This document shows positions 26,504 through 35,005 of a stretch of 64,000 nucleotides of DNA, in pieces. A program made the translations under genes and the position numbers. How positions within the stretch are numbered: the first letter of the stretch is position 1; every line of letters begins with the position of its first letter. This stretch comes from Candidatus Nomurabacteria bacterium RIFCSPLOWO2_01_FULL_41_18. GTDB lineage: Bacteria; Patescibacteriota; Minisyncoccia; Phycocordibacterales; UBA9973. The DNA lies in the NCBI GenBank assembly GCA_001785865.1, contig MFUZ01000009.1, positions 15,309-79,308 of the forward strand. Reading direction: 5' to 3'. The notes below the pieces were generated by a model, which worked only from the letters and a program-made list of their open reading frames with translations, made no database searches and was not told the DNA's origin.

Positions 26504-27826
26504 ATGTCAGAGCCAAACCCACAACCACCAAAAAACTCAACCGCAAAGCTTGAGGCAAGACCGTTTGATACGGTTTCTAATTTTACCGAGTTGTATGCTC
26601 TTTTAGATAAAACAGCAATTGGAAAATCTATTTCTCATAGAATCATGACTATTATTATTGACTCAAAAAAATTTAACCCACAAAGACGATTTATTGCATA
26701 TACAAGATTCATGACAACATTAGTCGACCCTGCAATAAGAGATGCTGTGAATAGACTCCTTATAACACAAGACCCAGTCTTGTCCGAAATACAACACAAA
26801 GAAACAGAAAAGGCCGAAAGGGAAACCAGTGAGACTTTTATAAGAGAGACTACAACTCAACATATTAAGAATCTAGAAGGAAAAAAAGCAGACAAATGGG
26901 GAGAATACATGGACCAAACTCTAAATGATGCAAATAAGATCGACTCAGATCATCCGGGATTCCTCGCAGCACTTAGTACGGCTTATGAGGAACTTTTAAA
27001 AACTACAGGAAAATCAGTCCTGGAGACAAAACCAGTTAAGAGACCTAAAAAAAATGAAAACGAGTCTCCTGAACCTAAAGCAACATCTGAAATAAAAACA
27101 GAAAAAGGAGAAGAGGAAGTAATCGCAAGACTGGAGAAGGTGATAGCAAATGTGACAAAAGCACTGGAAGAGAGCCGGATCGCAAGAAAACTCGAAAATC
27201 ACTTATTGGCTGACCTAGAAAAAGAGCTGGTAAAATTACAGGAAGCGGAAAAAGAGGAAATAAATAAACAAAAGAAAGAACCTGAAGTGCAAAAAGAGGA
27301 TGCGGGCACAGAAGAAATATTGACTGATTGGAAAGAAACAATAGCAGTAGACACTACAAAAGTGGTAGAACCAAACACACCTGAAGCTGGAGACAAAAAT
27401 GAAGAAAGTAGCAAAAGTACAGAAGAAATGTCGACCCCTGAAAAAATAGGAAATTGTTTTGTGGAATATTGTAAAAATGCCGACAATCTTGCCGAATTTA
27501 ATGTCAAATCTTTTGGTAGGTCAGTGGCTAAGATTCTGTCGGAAGTGAACGTCAAAACGATTTATCGTCCAATCAATGCTCAAGAAACATATTTTGGAGG
27601 AAGAAAATCTGAAGCTTCTGACATGAAAGCCATATTGGTGAGTATTGGTGGGGAAAACTATTTATTACCTTACCCGTTAAGCGTAAAAGAATTTGATACA
27701 CTGGAAGATTTATTTAAATTTGGAGCAGATTCAAGTAGTCCGGACAAGATCCAGAAAATTATTCCTGCGGAAATGGCTAAAAAAGGCAAAAGATGGGAAG
27801 TGAAGACCATGGGTCAGCTTAATTAA
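26504..27826 (+). CDS. Lys/Glu-rich hypothetical protein
   Basis: 440 aa, coiled-coil-like middle. Confidence 0.8.
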   Translation: MSEPNPQPPKNSTAKLEARPFDTVSNFTELYALLDKTAIGKSISHRIMTIIIDSKKFNPQRRFIAYTRFMTTLVDPAIRDAVNRLLITQDPVLSEIQHKETEKAERETSETFIRETTTQHIKNLEGKKADKWGEYMDQTLNDANKIDSDHPGFLAALSTAYEELLKTTGKSVLETKPVKRPKKNENESPEPKATSEIKTEKGEEEVIARLEKVIANVTKALEESRIARKLENHLLADLEKELVKLQEAEKEEINKQKKEPEVQKEDAGTEEILTDWKETIAVDTTKVVEPNTPEAGDKNEESSKSTEEMSTPEKIGNCFVEYCKNADNLAEFNVKSFGRSVAKILSEVNVKTIYRPINAQETYFGGRKSEASDMKAILVSIGGENYLLPYPLSVKEFDTLEDLFKFGADSSSPDKIQKIIPAEMAKKGKRWEVKTMGQLN

Positions 27827-27845
27827 TAATTTAATTAAAGCATTT

Positions 27846-29723
27846 ATGGATAATATACCACAAAACAAAAAAACCAGAGAACAGATAGAAGCTGAAATAG
27901 GAGCAATGCAAAAAAAGGGAGCAGAAAGAGATTTAGCTGATGCAAAAATGAGAGAAGATTTACAAAGAGCCACAGAAGCTTTGGGGGCGATCAGAAAAGC
28001 AAGGGAGCAAAAACCAGATCCGACAGTAGAAGCAGACGCGGAAGAACAGAGAAAAGAAGCCCAGGCTATAGCGGAAATGGAACGAGCGAGAGCTGAAGCA
28101 GCAGCACGGGAGGAAGCTAGAGTGGCGGCAGAAAAAAAAGCTGCAATGGAAAACCCTCCGGTGAAATTGCCGCCAGAACCAACAAAAGTAGAAGAAACAA
28201 TTCCCTCGGAAGAAATTCCTACGAAAACATTTTCTCCCCAATATATAGGAGAAAGAATTACTTCACTACTTAGAGAGGTAGTGACTGTGGTCAGAGACCC
28301 GGAGGTTACAGGAGAGGACAAAGAAATGACTGTAAAGACGACGATAGAAAAATGGGGAGGGACTGTGGGCATACAAGCTATTTTAGAAAACAAACAAGAC
28401 GGTATCGGCGTAAAGAGATATAAAATTGAAGCGACATGGATGGTCAAAAAACTGGCAGAAGCATTTATTGGGACAGAACTTGATAAAGTTTCAAAACTGT
28501 TGAAATCTTATATCGAAAAAGAAGAAAAAAAAGAGGTAGCAAAAATGGAAATCGTGAACGGCGAGCTTCAAGTCACTTTTGGTGCAACTAAACCAGAAAA
28601 AGAAACGTTGCCGACGACACCTCCGCTGACCGAGGACACGTCCGAAGCTTTGGCATCCATCCAAGACCCATCTGAAAGTAAACCAGGGTGGTGGAAAAAT
28701 TTGAAAAGAAAAGCATTACCTATTGGATTGGCTGGACTGGCAGCTGGGGCAAGTTTTGTCGGTATAAAAGCCTTGAATAAAGAAGGAAAACAGGATACGA
28801 AAGAGCTAGCACCTATCAAAGAAGCCGTCAAAAATACTGCGACCAATGAAACGACAAAAGTTTACACAATGCCGGAAACAAATCTGACCGCCCGTGCCGA
28901 GCAGAAACAATTGGATCAACAAAAAGAAATAGAAAAGCTTAGAAAAGAATTCGAATCAAAATTCGCAGAACAAAACACAGCGTTTAGCAACCAAGTGGCT
29001 GAAATCAAAGCAAAAGTAGAAAAGCCCGCCCCACAAACTCATTCAGAAAAAATCGCCGACATACAAAGACGACTGGAAGAAGGAAAAAAAAGAAAAAACA
29101 AGGGGGAACCAGTACCCAAAGAATATCGAGTCACTGCCGATGAGGCCCTCTTGTACAATATAGAAGGAATGAAACAGCCGACAGTGGTGACGGGATGGAC
29201 GATAGAAACAGGTGGCACGACAACAACGAAAAAAACCAAACCAAAGACTCCAGAATCAACCTGGGTGCCTCCTCTTGGGGCAAAAGTGACTGGAGGGAGC
29301 GTGGATGCCGGCGGATTCAATTACAGTTATGATACTACCGGTGACAATTTTGAGAATCCTAACAAAATACCTAAAGCACCGGAAAAAACAAAAATAAATT
29401 CCAAGCTTTCGGAGCAGGCCCTAGAACAGGTAGCAGATACTTTTGAGGACAATATAGAAAAAATATTTCCGAAGGACACTTTGGAAAAATGGAACAAGCA
29501 AAAAGGCGAAGGCGCCTACGAACTCATGAGCAAAGCAGAGAAAAAGGTTCCAAAAGCAGAGAGAGCTTTATTTTCATACCTAGAAAAGCTGAAGGAAACC
29601 ACTGGATTAGAACCGGGGAGCGGGGTACGTGGTGGAAAACCTGAAACCATAGAACACTACATGCAAAGAGCTCTAGAAAAAGCAGCCGAGGAAGGAAAGC
29701 TGGAAGAATTGAAATTAAAATAA
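27846..29723 (+). CDS. Large charged single-pass hypothetical protein
   Basis: 625 aa; central ALPIGLAGLAAGASFVGI hydrophobic segment. Confidence 0.8.
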   Translation: MDNIPQNKKTREQIEAEIGAMQKKGAERDLADAKMREDLQRATEALGAIRKAREQKPDPTVEADAEEQRKEAQAIAEMERARAEAAAREEARVAAEKKAAMENPPVKLPPEPTKVEETIPSEEIPTKTFSPQYIGERITSLLREVVTVVRDPEVTGEDKEMTVKTTIEKWGGTVGIQAILENKQDGIGVKRYKIEATWMVKKLAEAFIGTELDKVSKLLKSYIEKEEKKEVAKMEIVNGELQVTFGATKPEKETLPTTPPLTEDTSEALASIQDPSESKPGWWKNLKRKALPIGLAGLAAGASFVGIKALNKEGKQDTKELAPIKEAVKNTATNETTKVYTMPETNLTARAEQKQLDQQKEIEKLRKEFESKFAEQNTAFSNQVAEIKAKVEKPAPQTHSEKIADIQRRLEEGKKRKNKGEPVPKEYRVTADEALLYNIEGMKQPTVVTGWTIETGGTTTTKKTKPKTPESTWVPPLGAKVTGGSVDAGGFNYSYDTTGDNFENPNKIPKAPEKTKINSKLSEQALEQVADTFEDNIEKIFPKDTLEKWNKQKGEGAYELMSKAEKKVPKAERALFSYLEKLKETTGLEPGSGVRGGKPETIEHYMQRALEKAAEEGKLEELKLK

Positions 29724-29750
29724 GAGAAAAGTTTGTGGTATATTTCAAGA

Positions 29751-31817
29751 GTGACTACCGAGGGAGAGCATCTAGAAGGACTAAATAGCGAACAGAGAGA
29801 AGCGGCAATTCATACGAATGGTCCGCTTCTTATCATCGCGGGGGCAGGCGCCGGAAAAACAAAGACGATAACGCACCGGATCGTGAATCTGATAAAAAAT
29901 GGTGTTTTACCGGAGCGGATTTTGGCTGTCACCTTCACCAACAAAGCGGCTAAAGAAATGCGGGAACGGATCATTGCAGAAATCAAAAAAAATACCAATG
30001 GGATTCACGGGCAAGATGGGGTTCCTTTCGTTTCTACATTTCACTCTTTAGGAGTTTACATAATAAAAGAGCATGCGAAGCTGCTCGGACTGACTAGGTA
30101 TTTCACTATCTTGGACGAAGGAGATGCAACCTCACTCATAAAAACAATACTCAAAGATATCGGCATAGACCCAAAACAATACGATCCGAAGAAAATAAAA
30201 AACATTATTTCGAGAGAGAAGGGCAAATTTGTACAGATTGCGAACTATACCGAGAGGGAAGGAGCCAATTCTCTTGCAAAAATAGTGGCACAAGTTTGGA
30301 GCCTGTATGAAAAGCAAAAAATGAAAGAAAACTCACTCGATTTTGATGATTTACTTTTGAAAGCGACAAGATTATTGAAAGAAAATCCTGAAATCAGAAA
30401 AATATATCAAGAAAAATGGGAATACATCCACGTTGATGAGTATCAAGACACAAATGAAGTACAGTATTTAATGTGCCAAATGCTTGCAGATAATAACAAA
30501 AATATTTGTGTCGTGGGGGACGCGGATCAGAACATTTATTCATGGCGCGGGGCAAATTTAAAAAATATCTTGAGTTTTGAGAAAGATTATCCGGATGCAA
30601 AGATAGTTTTATTGGAGCAAAATTACCGATCGACCCAGAATATCCTCGAGGCCGCCAATGTGGTGATCAAGAAAAATAAATTCCGGCCGGACAAGAACCT
30701 CTTCACCAAGAATGAGAAAGGGGAGAAGATCGGATTGTATGAAGCATTGGATGAAAACGATGAGGCAGAATTTGTGGTGACAAAAATTTTAGAAATCCTG
30801 GACGGTAAAGCGAATGTACCTCGGCAGGGTCTCTCGCAGGCCGACGGGCCGAGAGGGAGCGCTCTGTCAGCAGACAGAGACAGCGACCCTGTCGAGGTAA
30901 CATACGCTTTAAAGTCCGAGAATATCTTGTCCGAAGTCGCAGTACTCTACCGCGCCAATTTCCAATCTCGCGCACTGGAAGAAACAATGCTCAAATACAA
31001 CATTCCATATCAAGTTCTTGGGGTTAAATTTTTCGAACGAAAGGAAATAAAAGACACCCTCGCCTATTTGAGAGCAGCTTTGAACAAAGATAGCTTGTCC
31101 GATATTAAAAGGGTCATCAACTTTCCGGCGCGGGGAATCGGCAAAGTCACTTTGCTTAAAATTTTTGCCAACGAGACAGAAACCCTGCCGATAAAAGTGA
31201 AAATAAAGATAAATAATTTTTATCAGACCCTAGAAGATATCAAGGAAAAGATTGCAAGCCTGAAAACCAGTGAAGTAATAAAATTTGTATTGAAAAAGTC
31301 CGGCATAGAAAACGAACTTTCTTCCGGCACAGAGGAAGATGCGGAAAGGCTCGAAAACATAAAAGAGCTTGCGACGCTGGCGCTCAAATACGACAGTCTC
31401 GAAGCCGGCCGGGGGGTAGAAAAGCTTCTCGAAGACGCGTCCCTGGCCTCCGACCAGGACAGCATTATGATCAATGAAAGCCACAAGGAAGAAAAGATAA
31501 ATGGTGTAAAACTCATGACTGTACACGCTGCCAAAGGGCTCGAGTTCAAGTATGTCTTCATCACTGGACTCGAAGACGGCCTTTTTCCTCACGAGCGGCA
31601 CGGCGAAGGGGAGAGCATCGACCATGAAGAAGAACGCCGGCTTTTCTATGTGGCAGTCACTCGCGCCCGGAGCAAACTTTTTCTCTCCTTTGCAAATTTC
31701 CGCACCATCTTTGGATCACGCAATATGAATGCTCCATCAGAATTCATAGCTGATGTGCCCACAGACCTGCTTGAAAAAGAAGGCGAAGATAGTAGAATAA
31801 AAACCATCTATATATGA
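29751..31817 (+). CDS. pcrA: PcrA/UvrD helicase
   Basis: AGAGAGKT, VDEYQD, EERRLFYVAVTRA; GTG 6 nt after TGgTATATT. Confidence 0.96.
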   Translation: MTTEGEHLEGLNSEQREAAIHTNGPLLIIAGAGAGKTKTITHRIVNLIKNGVLPERILAVTFTNKAAKEMRERIIAEIKKNTNGIHGQDGVPFVSTFHSLGVYIIKEHAKLLGLTRYFTILDEGDATSLIKTILKDIGIDPKQYDPKKIKNIISREKGKFVQIANYTEREGANSLAKIVAQVWSLYEKQKMKENSLDFDDLLLKATRLLKENPEIRKIYQEKWEYIHVDEYQDTNEVQYLMCQMLADNNKNICVVGDADQNIYSWRGANLKNILSFEKDYPDAKIVLLEQNYRSTQNILEAANVVIKKNKFRPDKNLFTKNEKGEKIGLYEALDENDEAEFVVTKILEILDGKANVPRQGLSQADGPRGSALSADRDSDPVEVTYALKSENILSEVAVLYRANFQSRALEETMLKYNIPYQVLGVKFFERKEIKDTLAYLRAALNKDSLSDIKRVINFPARGIGKVTLLKIFANETETLPIKVKIKINNFYQTLEDIKEKIASLKTSEVIKFVLKKSGIENELSSGTEEDAERLENIKELATLALKYDSLEAGRGVEKLLEDASLASDQDSIMINESHKEEKINGVKLMTVHAAKGLEFKYVFITGLEDGLFPHERHGEGESIDHEEERRLFYVAVTRARSKLFLSFANFRTIFGSRNMNAPSEFIADVPTDLLEKEGEDSRIKTIYI

Positions 31818-31932
31818 TCCCGAACGAAATCGCGGACGCATAAAAGAAATAAACTATAATTTTCATGAAAAATAAAATCACAAAATTAGAAATAAGACAT
31901 CAGCGTACGCGTCCTATTTCGTACGGGATGAT
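31814..31932. mobile_element. MITE-like insertion with 5-bp direct repeat at the pcrA/rsmA junction
   Basis: ATCCCGAACGAAAT...ATTTCGTACGGGAT (13/14 inverted match); ATGAT on both sides of CCCG...CGGG. Confidence 0.7.
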
Positions 31933-32707
31933 CTATAAAGCTAAAAAATCACTAGGACAGAACTTCTTGAAATCGGAAATAGCCCTCCGACAAATTATCG
32001 AAGCGGGAGAGATAAGATCCGATGATATAATTCTAGAAATAGGGCCGGGTAAGGGAGCGCTCACATCCAAGCTTCTAGCTTCTAGCTCTAAGTTGATAGC
32101 TGTAGAAAAAGACAGAGAACTTCTTGAATTTCTTAAAACAAAATTTGAAAAAGAAATCGCATCTGGGCAATTGGAATTAGTACAGGGAGACATTTTAGAA
32201 TTTAATGCTAGTGCCTACAGCCTAAAGCCCAGCGCCTATAAAATCATAGCCAATATTCCCTACAATATCACCGGTGCAATATTGAAAAAATTTTTAACTG
32301 AAAAAAAACAGCCAGAAGCGATGGTGCTCATGGTTCAACACGAAGTGGCCACCAGGATTCTCGCGAGAGACGGCAAAGAGAGCATCTTGTCGGTATCGGT
32401 CAAGGCTTACGGCAATCCAAAGATGGTGGCGAAGGTTGATAAAAGATATTTTTCACCGGCGCCAAAAGTAAATTCAGCAATCATTTCCATAAAAAAAATA
32501 TCTCGCCAAACTTTTCAGGAAAATAACGTGAACGAAGAAAAATTTTGGGAAATAGTAAAAGCCGGCTTTGCCCACAAGAGAAAAAAGCTCTCTTCTAACC
32601 TAAAAGCTGTGTGTCAAAGGGACACTTTAACATCTTTAGGAAATAAAAGGGCTGAAGATTTGACGCTTTCGGACTGGATAGAGCTTTGCACTGAAAATAC
32701 TAGATGA
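31928..32707 (+). CDS. rsmA: 16S rRNA adenine dimethyltransferase
   Basis: KKSLGQNFL, EIGPGKG, ANIPY; start revised from 31865. Confidence 0.96.
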   Translation: MIYKAKKSLGQNFLKSEIALRQIIEAGEIRSDDIILEIGPGKGALTSKLLASSSKLIAVEKDRELLEFLKTKFEKEIASGQLELVQGDILEFNASAYSLKPSAYKIIANIPYNITGAILKKFLTEKKQPEAMVLMVQHEVATRILARDGKESILSVSVKAYGNPKMVAKVDKRYFSPAPKVNSAIISIKKISRQTFQENNVNEEKFWEIVKAGFAHKRKKLSSNLKAVCQRDTLTSLGNKRAEDLTLSDWIELCTENTR

Positions 32708-32718
32708 GATCTTCTTTT

Positions 32719-33978
32719 TTATTTAGGCGCTTCGCCCCATACAGGACTTGCAACATTGGCCGTGACGTCACCACAGTAAGGTCTGACTCCAATTGAACAT
32801 GTACCAGCATTTTTAGTAAAAAAACCGAGCTGAGGCCCAGCAATTCTTGGGTCCCCAACAATAGGTTTATATCCAGAGGACCACCAATAAAAACCTGACC
32901 CTTGGTTACTAGAAAAATCTGTCATAATTGTCAAATACCCGTCTCCGCAAGTGCACCTCGTAACAATACCAGTATTGGTGCCCCCTTCTGGTGTCTGTGC
33001 GTAAGCTTTTTGAGGTGTGAAAACATCAAAAATAGAATGAAGCATTGCAAGAAAATTTTTATTCTCTGAACTTGTTAAGTCGGAACCAAATGATAGTTTT
33101 CTCAAGCCAGATAAAATTGGTGCCTGGGAAGATCCACTACCATACCCGTTTTCAATTGTCACCCAAAACTTTTCGTATAATTCATCAAAATTATGCCCAT
33201 TATCATTTAACATTTTTCGTAGATCATCTTCGTTTTTCATATCTCGATACGGAGCCACAATATCGTCAATAGAACCACCGACTGCCTGCACTGGATCTAA
33301 GATTTGATTTAAAAGCGTAGACGGTAAATTTAACAACTCTTCTTTATTCATGGTTTTTACTTCCGGAGGTTGAAACACGAAAGAGATAACTTTGCCATCA
33401 CTGGATGGTAGATCTTCAAATCTAGCTTCGATTTGCCCATATTGGAGAAGCACAGTATTACGATTGAAAGAAAAATTTTCACCGTAAATTTTTACGGTAT
33501 TCCCAGATCTCACTTTTTCTGGGTAAACACTAAAAACCTTCGGGGGCTGAACTTGAGAAACAGGGACGTAATCTGGAGACGGAATACTAAGTGAGGCCTG
33601 ATCAGTTTGAGGTTTTGGACTACCGTCACATTTGGCACCAGTTATGGGACTATATCCAATACTTGAAACACAACCTGTGGGGTAAATACTACCATTAGCC
33701 AAAACACCATGGAGCACAAAACGAGAGAGAGGGCCAACTATTCCATCAGCCACCAAGCTATTATTTAACTGAAAAATTATAACCGCATTTTTGGTCAAAG
33801 GGCCAAAACTACCATCTGCGACGACTCCCACCTTTTCTTGGAGACATTGGACCTGTAAGCCTTTAGAACCCACTCTAAGTGTGTCGACAATGGTACAGTC
33901 GCCGGAAACTTCTGTTACAAAGACAGTTTGTAAAAAAAACAAAGAGAAAAAAAGAATAAAAAAGTGAAATAATCTCAT
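32719..33978 (-). CDS. Secreted peptidoglycan-binding-domain protein with IPT-like domain and Cys-rich tail
   Basis: ADGSFGPLT / ADGIVGPLS repeats; signal-like N-terminus. Confidence 0.82.
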   Translation of the reverse strand: MRLFHFFILFFSLFFLQTVFVTEVSGDCTIVDTLRVGSKGLQVQCLQEKVGVVADGSFGPLTKNAVIIFQLNNSLVADGIVGPLSRFVLHGVLANGSIYPTGCVSSIGYSPITGAKCDGSPKPQTDQASLSIPSPDYVPVSQVQPPKVFSVYPEKVRSGNTVKIYGENFSFNRNTVLLQYGQIEARFEDLPSSDGKVISFVFQPPEVKTMNKEELLNLPSTLLNQILDPVQAVGGSIDDIVAPYRDMKNEDDLRKMLNDNGHNFDELYEKFWVTIENGYGSGSSQAPILSGLRKLSFGSDLTSSENKNFLAMLHSIFDVFTPQKAYAQTPEGGTNTGIVTRCTCGDGYLTIMTDFSSNQGSGFYWWSSGYKPIVGDPRIAGPQLGFFTKNAGTCSIGVRPYCGDVTANVASPVWGEAPK

Positions 33979-34102
33979 AAGTATAATTATACACAAAGGA
34001 AGCCCGAAAAAGCTAGTTTGCTTTATAAAAAGGTGATACAATTAACCTATAATTAAAGATATTTGGTTAAAACACAAGAGGATACTTCTAATCATTTTTG
34101 CG

Positions 34103-34978
34103 GTGCTTTTTTTGGTTGTCCTATTTCTCATAAAGAACACATCAACATTTAAAAATACTGAGACATTTCTAAAGGGAAATAAGCAAGACAGCAGTTTGGT
34201 CTACGGAGATATGACTTTTGAGGATCTGGTGAATGAAGATACCGATGGTGACGGGGTGCTGGATTGGCAAGAGGGCTTATACGATCTTGACCCGACCAAA
34301 AGTGAAACCACCCCGGGAGTTTTAGATAGTGTAGCAATACAGAAGCTAAAAAGTGAGCAGGAGGGATCGTTGCTTGAAAGTGATAATACACAAAATGTAG
34401 AAAACTTAACACAGACAGATAAATTTTCTAGAGAACTTTTTGCCATAGTGGCCGCGACAAGTCAAAATGGAGTAATTGACCAAACTACCATAGATACCTT
34501 AGGCAGTTCGCTTGCAGAAAAAATACAAAATTCTGTTCCGAGAAAAATATACGTAATTTCCGATATAAAGATAATAGAAAGTGATATAAAAGAGGCTATA
34601 CAAAAATACAGTAACGAATTAGCTAATATCTACACAAAATATAATATTAAAAAAGGAGTAATGAATATATTGGAAGAATTCATAGCCGATGAAACTAATA
34701 CAAGTATCTTATTAGAACTTGATCCCATAATAAATCAGCTCAACGAAGTGATAAATGAGTCAGTAAAAATGCAAGTCCCAAAATCTCTATCACTTATACA
34801 TCTAGATTTAATAAATAGTTTTCAAAGAGTGCTAGAAAATATAAACGATATCAAACTTTTTGATAGTGATATCGTAGTAGCGATGGGTGCCATAATACAG
34901 TACCAACAAAATACCATAGCCCTGGAATCATCTCTGAATAGACTTACGGAAGCAGTCAGGCAAAAATTGAACAATTAA
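34103..34978 (+). CDS. Membrane-anchored protein with DTDGDG Ca-binding motif (true start likely upstream)
   Basis: N-terminal hydrophobic segment; DTDGDGVLDWQE. Confidence 0.8.
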   Translation: MLFLVVLFLIKNTSTFKNTETFLKGNKQDSSLVYGDMTFEDLVNEDTDGDGVLDWQEGLYDLDPTKSETTPGVLDSVAIQKLKSEQEGSLLESDNTQNVENLTQTDKFSRELFAIVAATSQNGVIDQTTIDTLGSSLAEKIQNSVPRKIYVISDIKIIESDIKEAIQKYSNELANIYTKYNIKKGVMNILEEFIADETNTSILLELDPIINQLNEVINESVKMQVPKSLSLIHLDLINSFQRVLENINDIKLFDSDIVVAMGAIIQYQQNTIALESSLNRLTEAVRQKLNN

Positions 34979-35005
34979 TTTAGAAAATGTATAATAAATA
35001 ACAAA

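Noticed and set aside
20532-30917. Inteins or self-splicing introns as the cca and pcrA inserts
   Set aside because: Too short, and lacking C/S...HN intein ends and group I/II core motifs.
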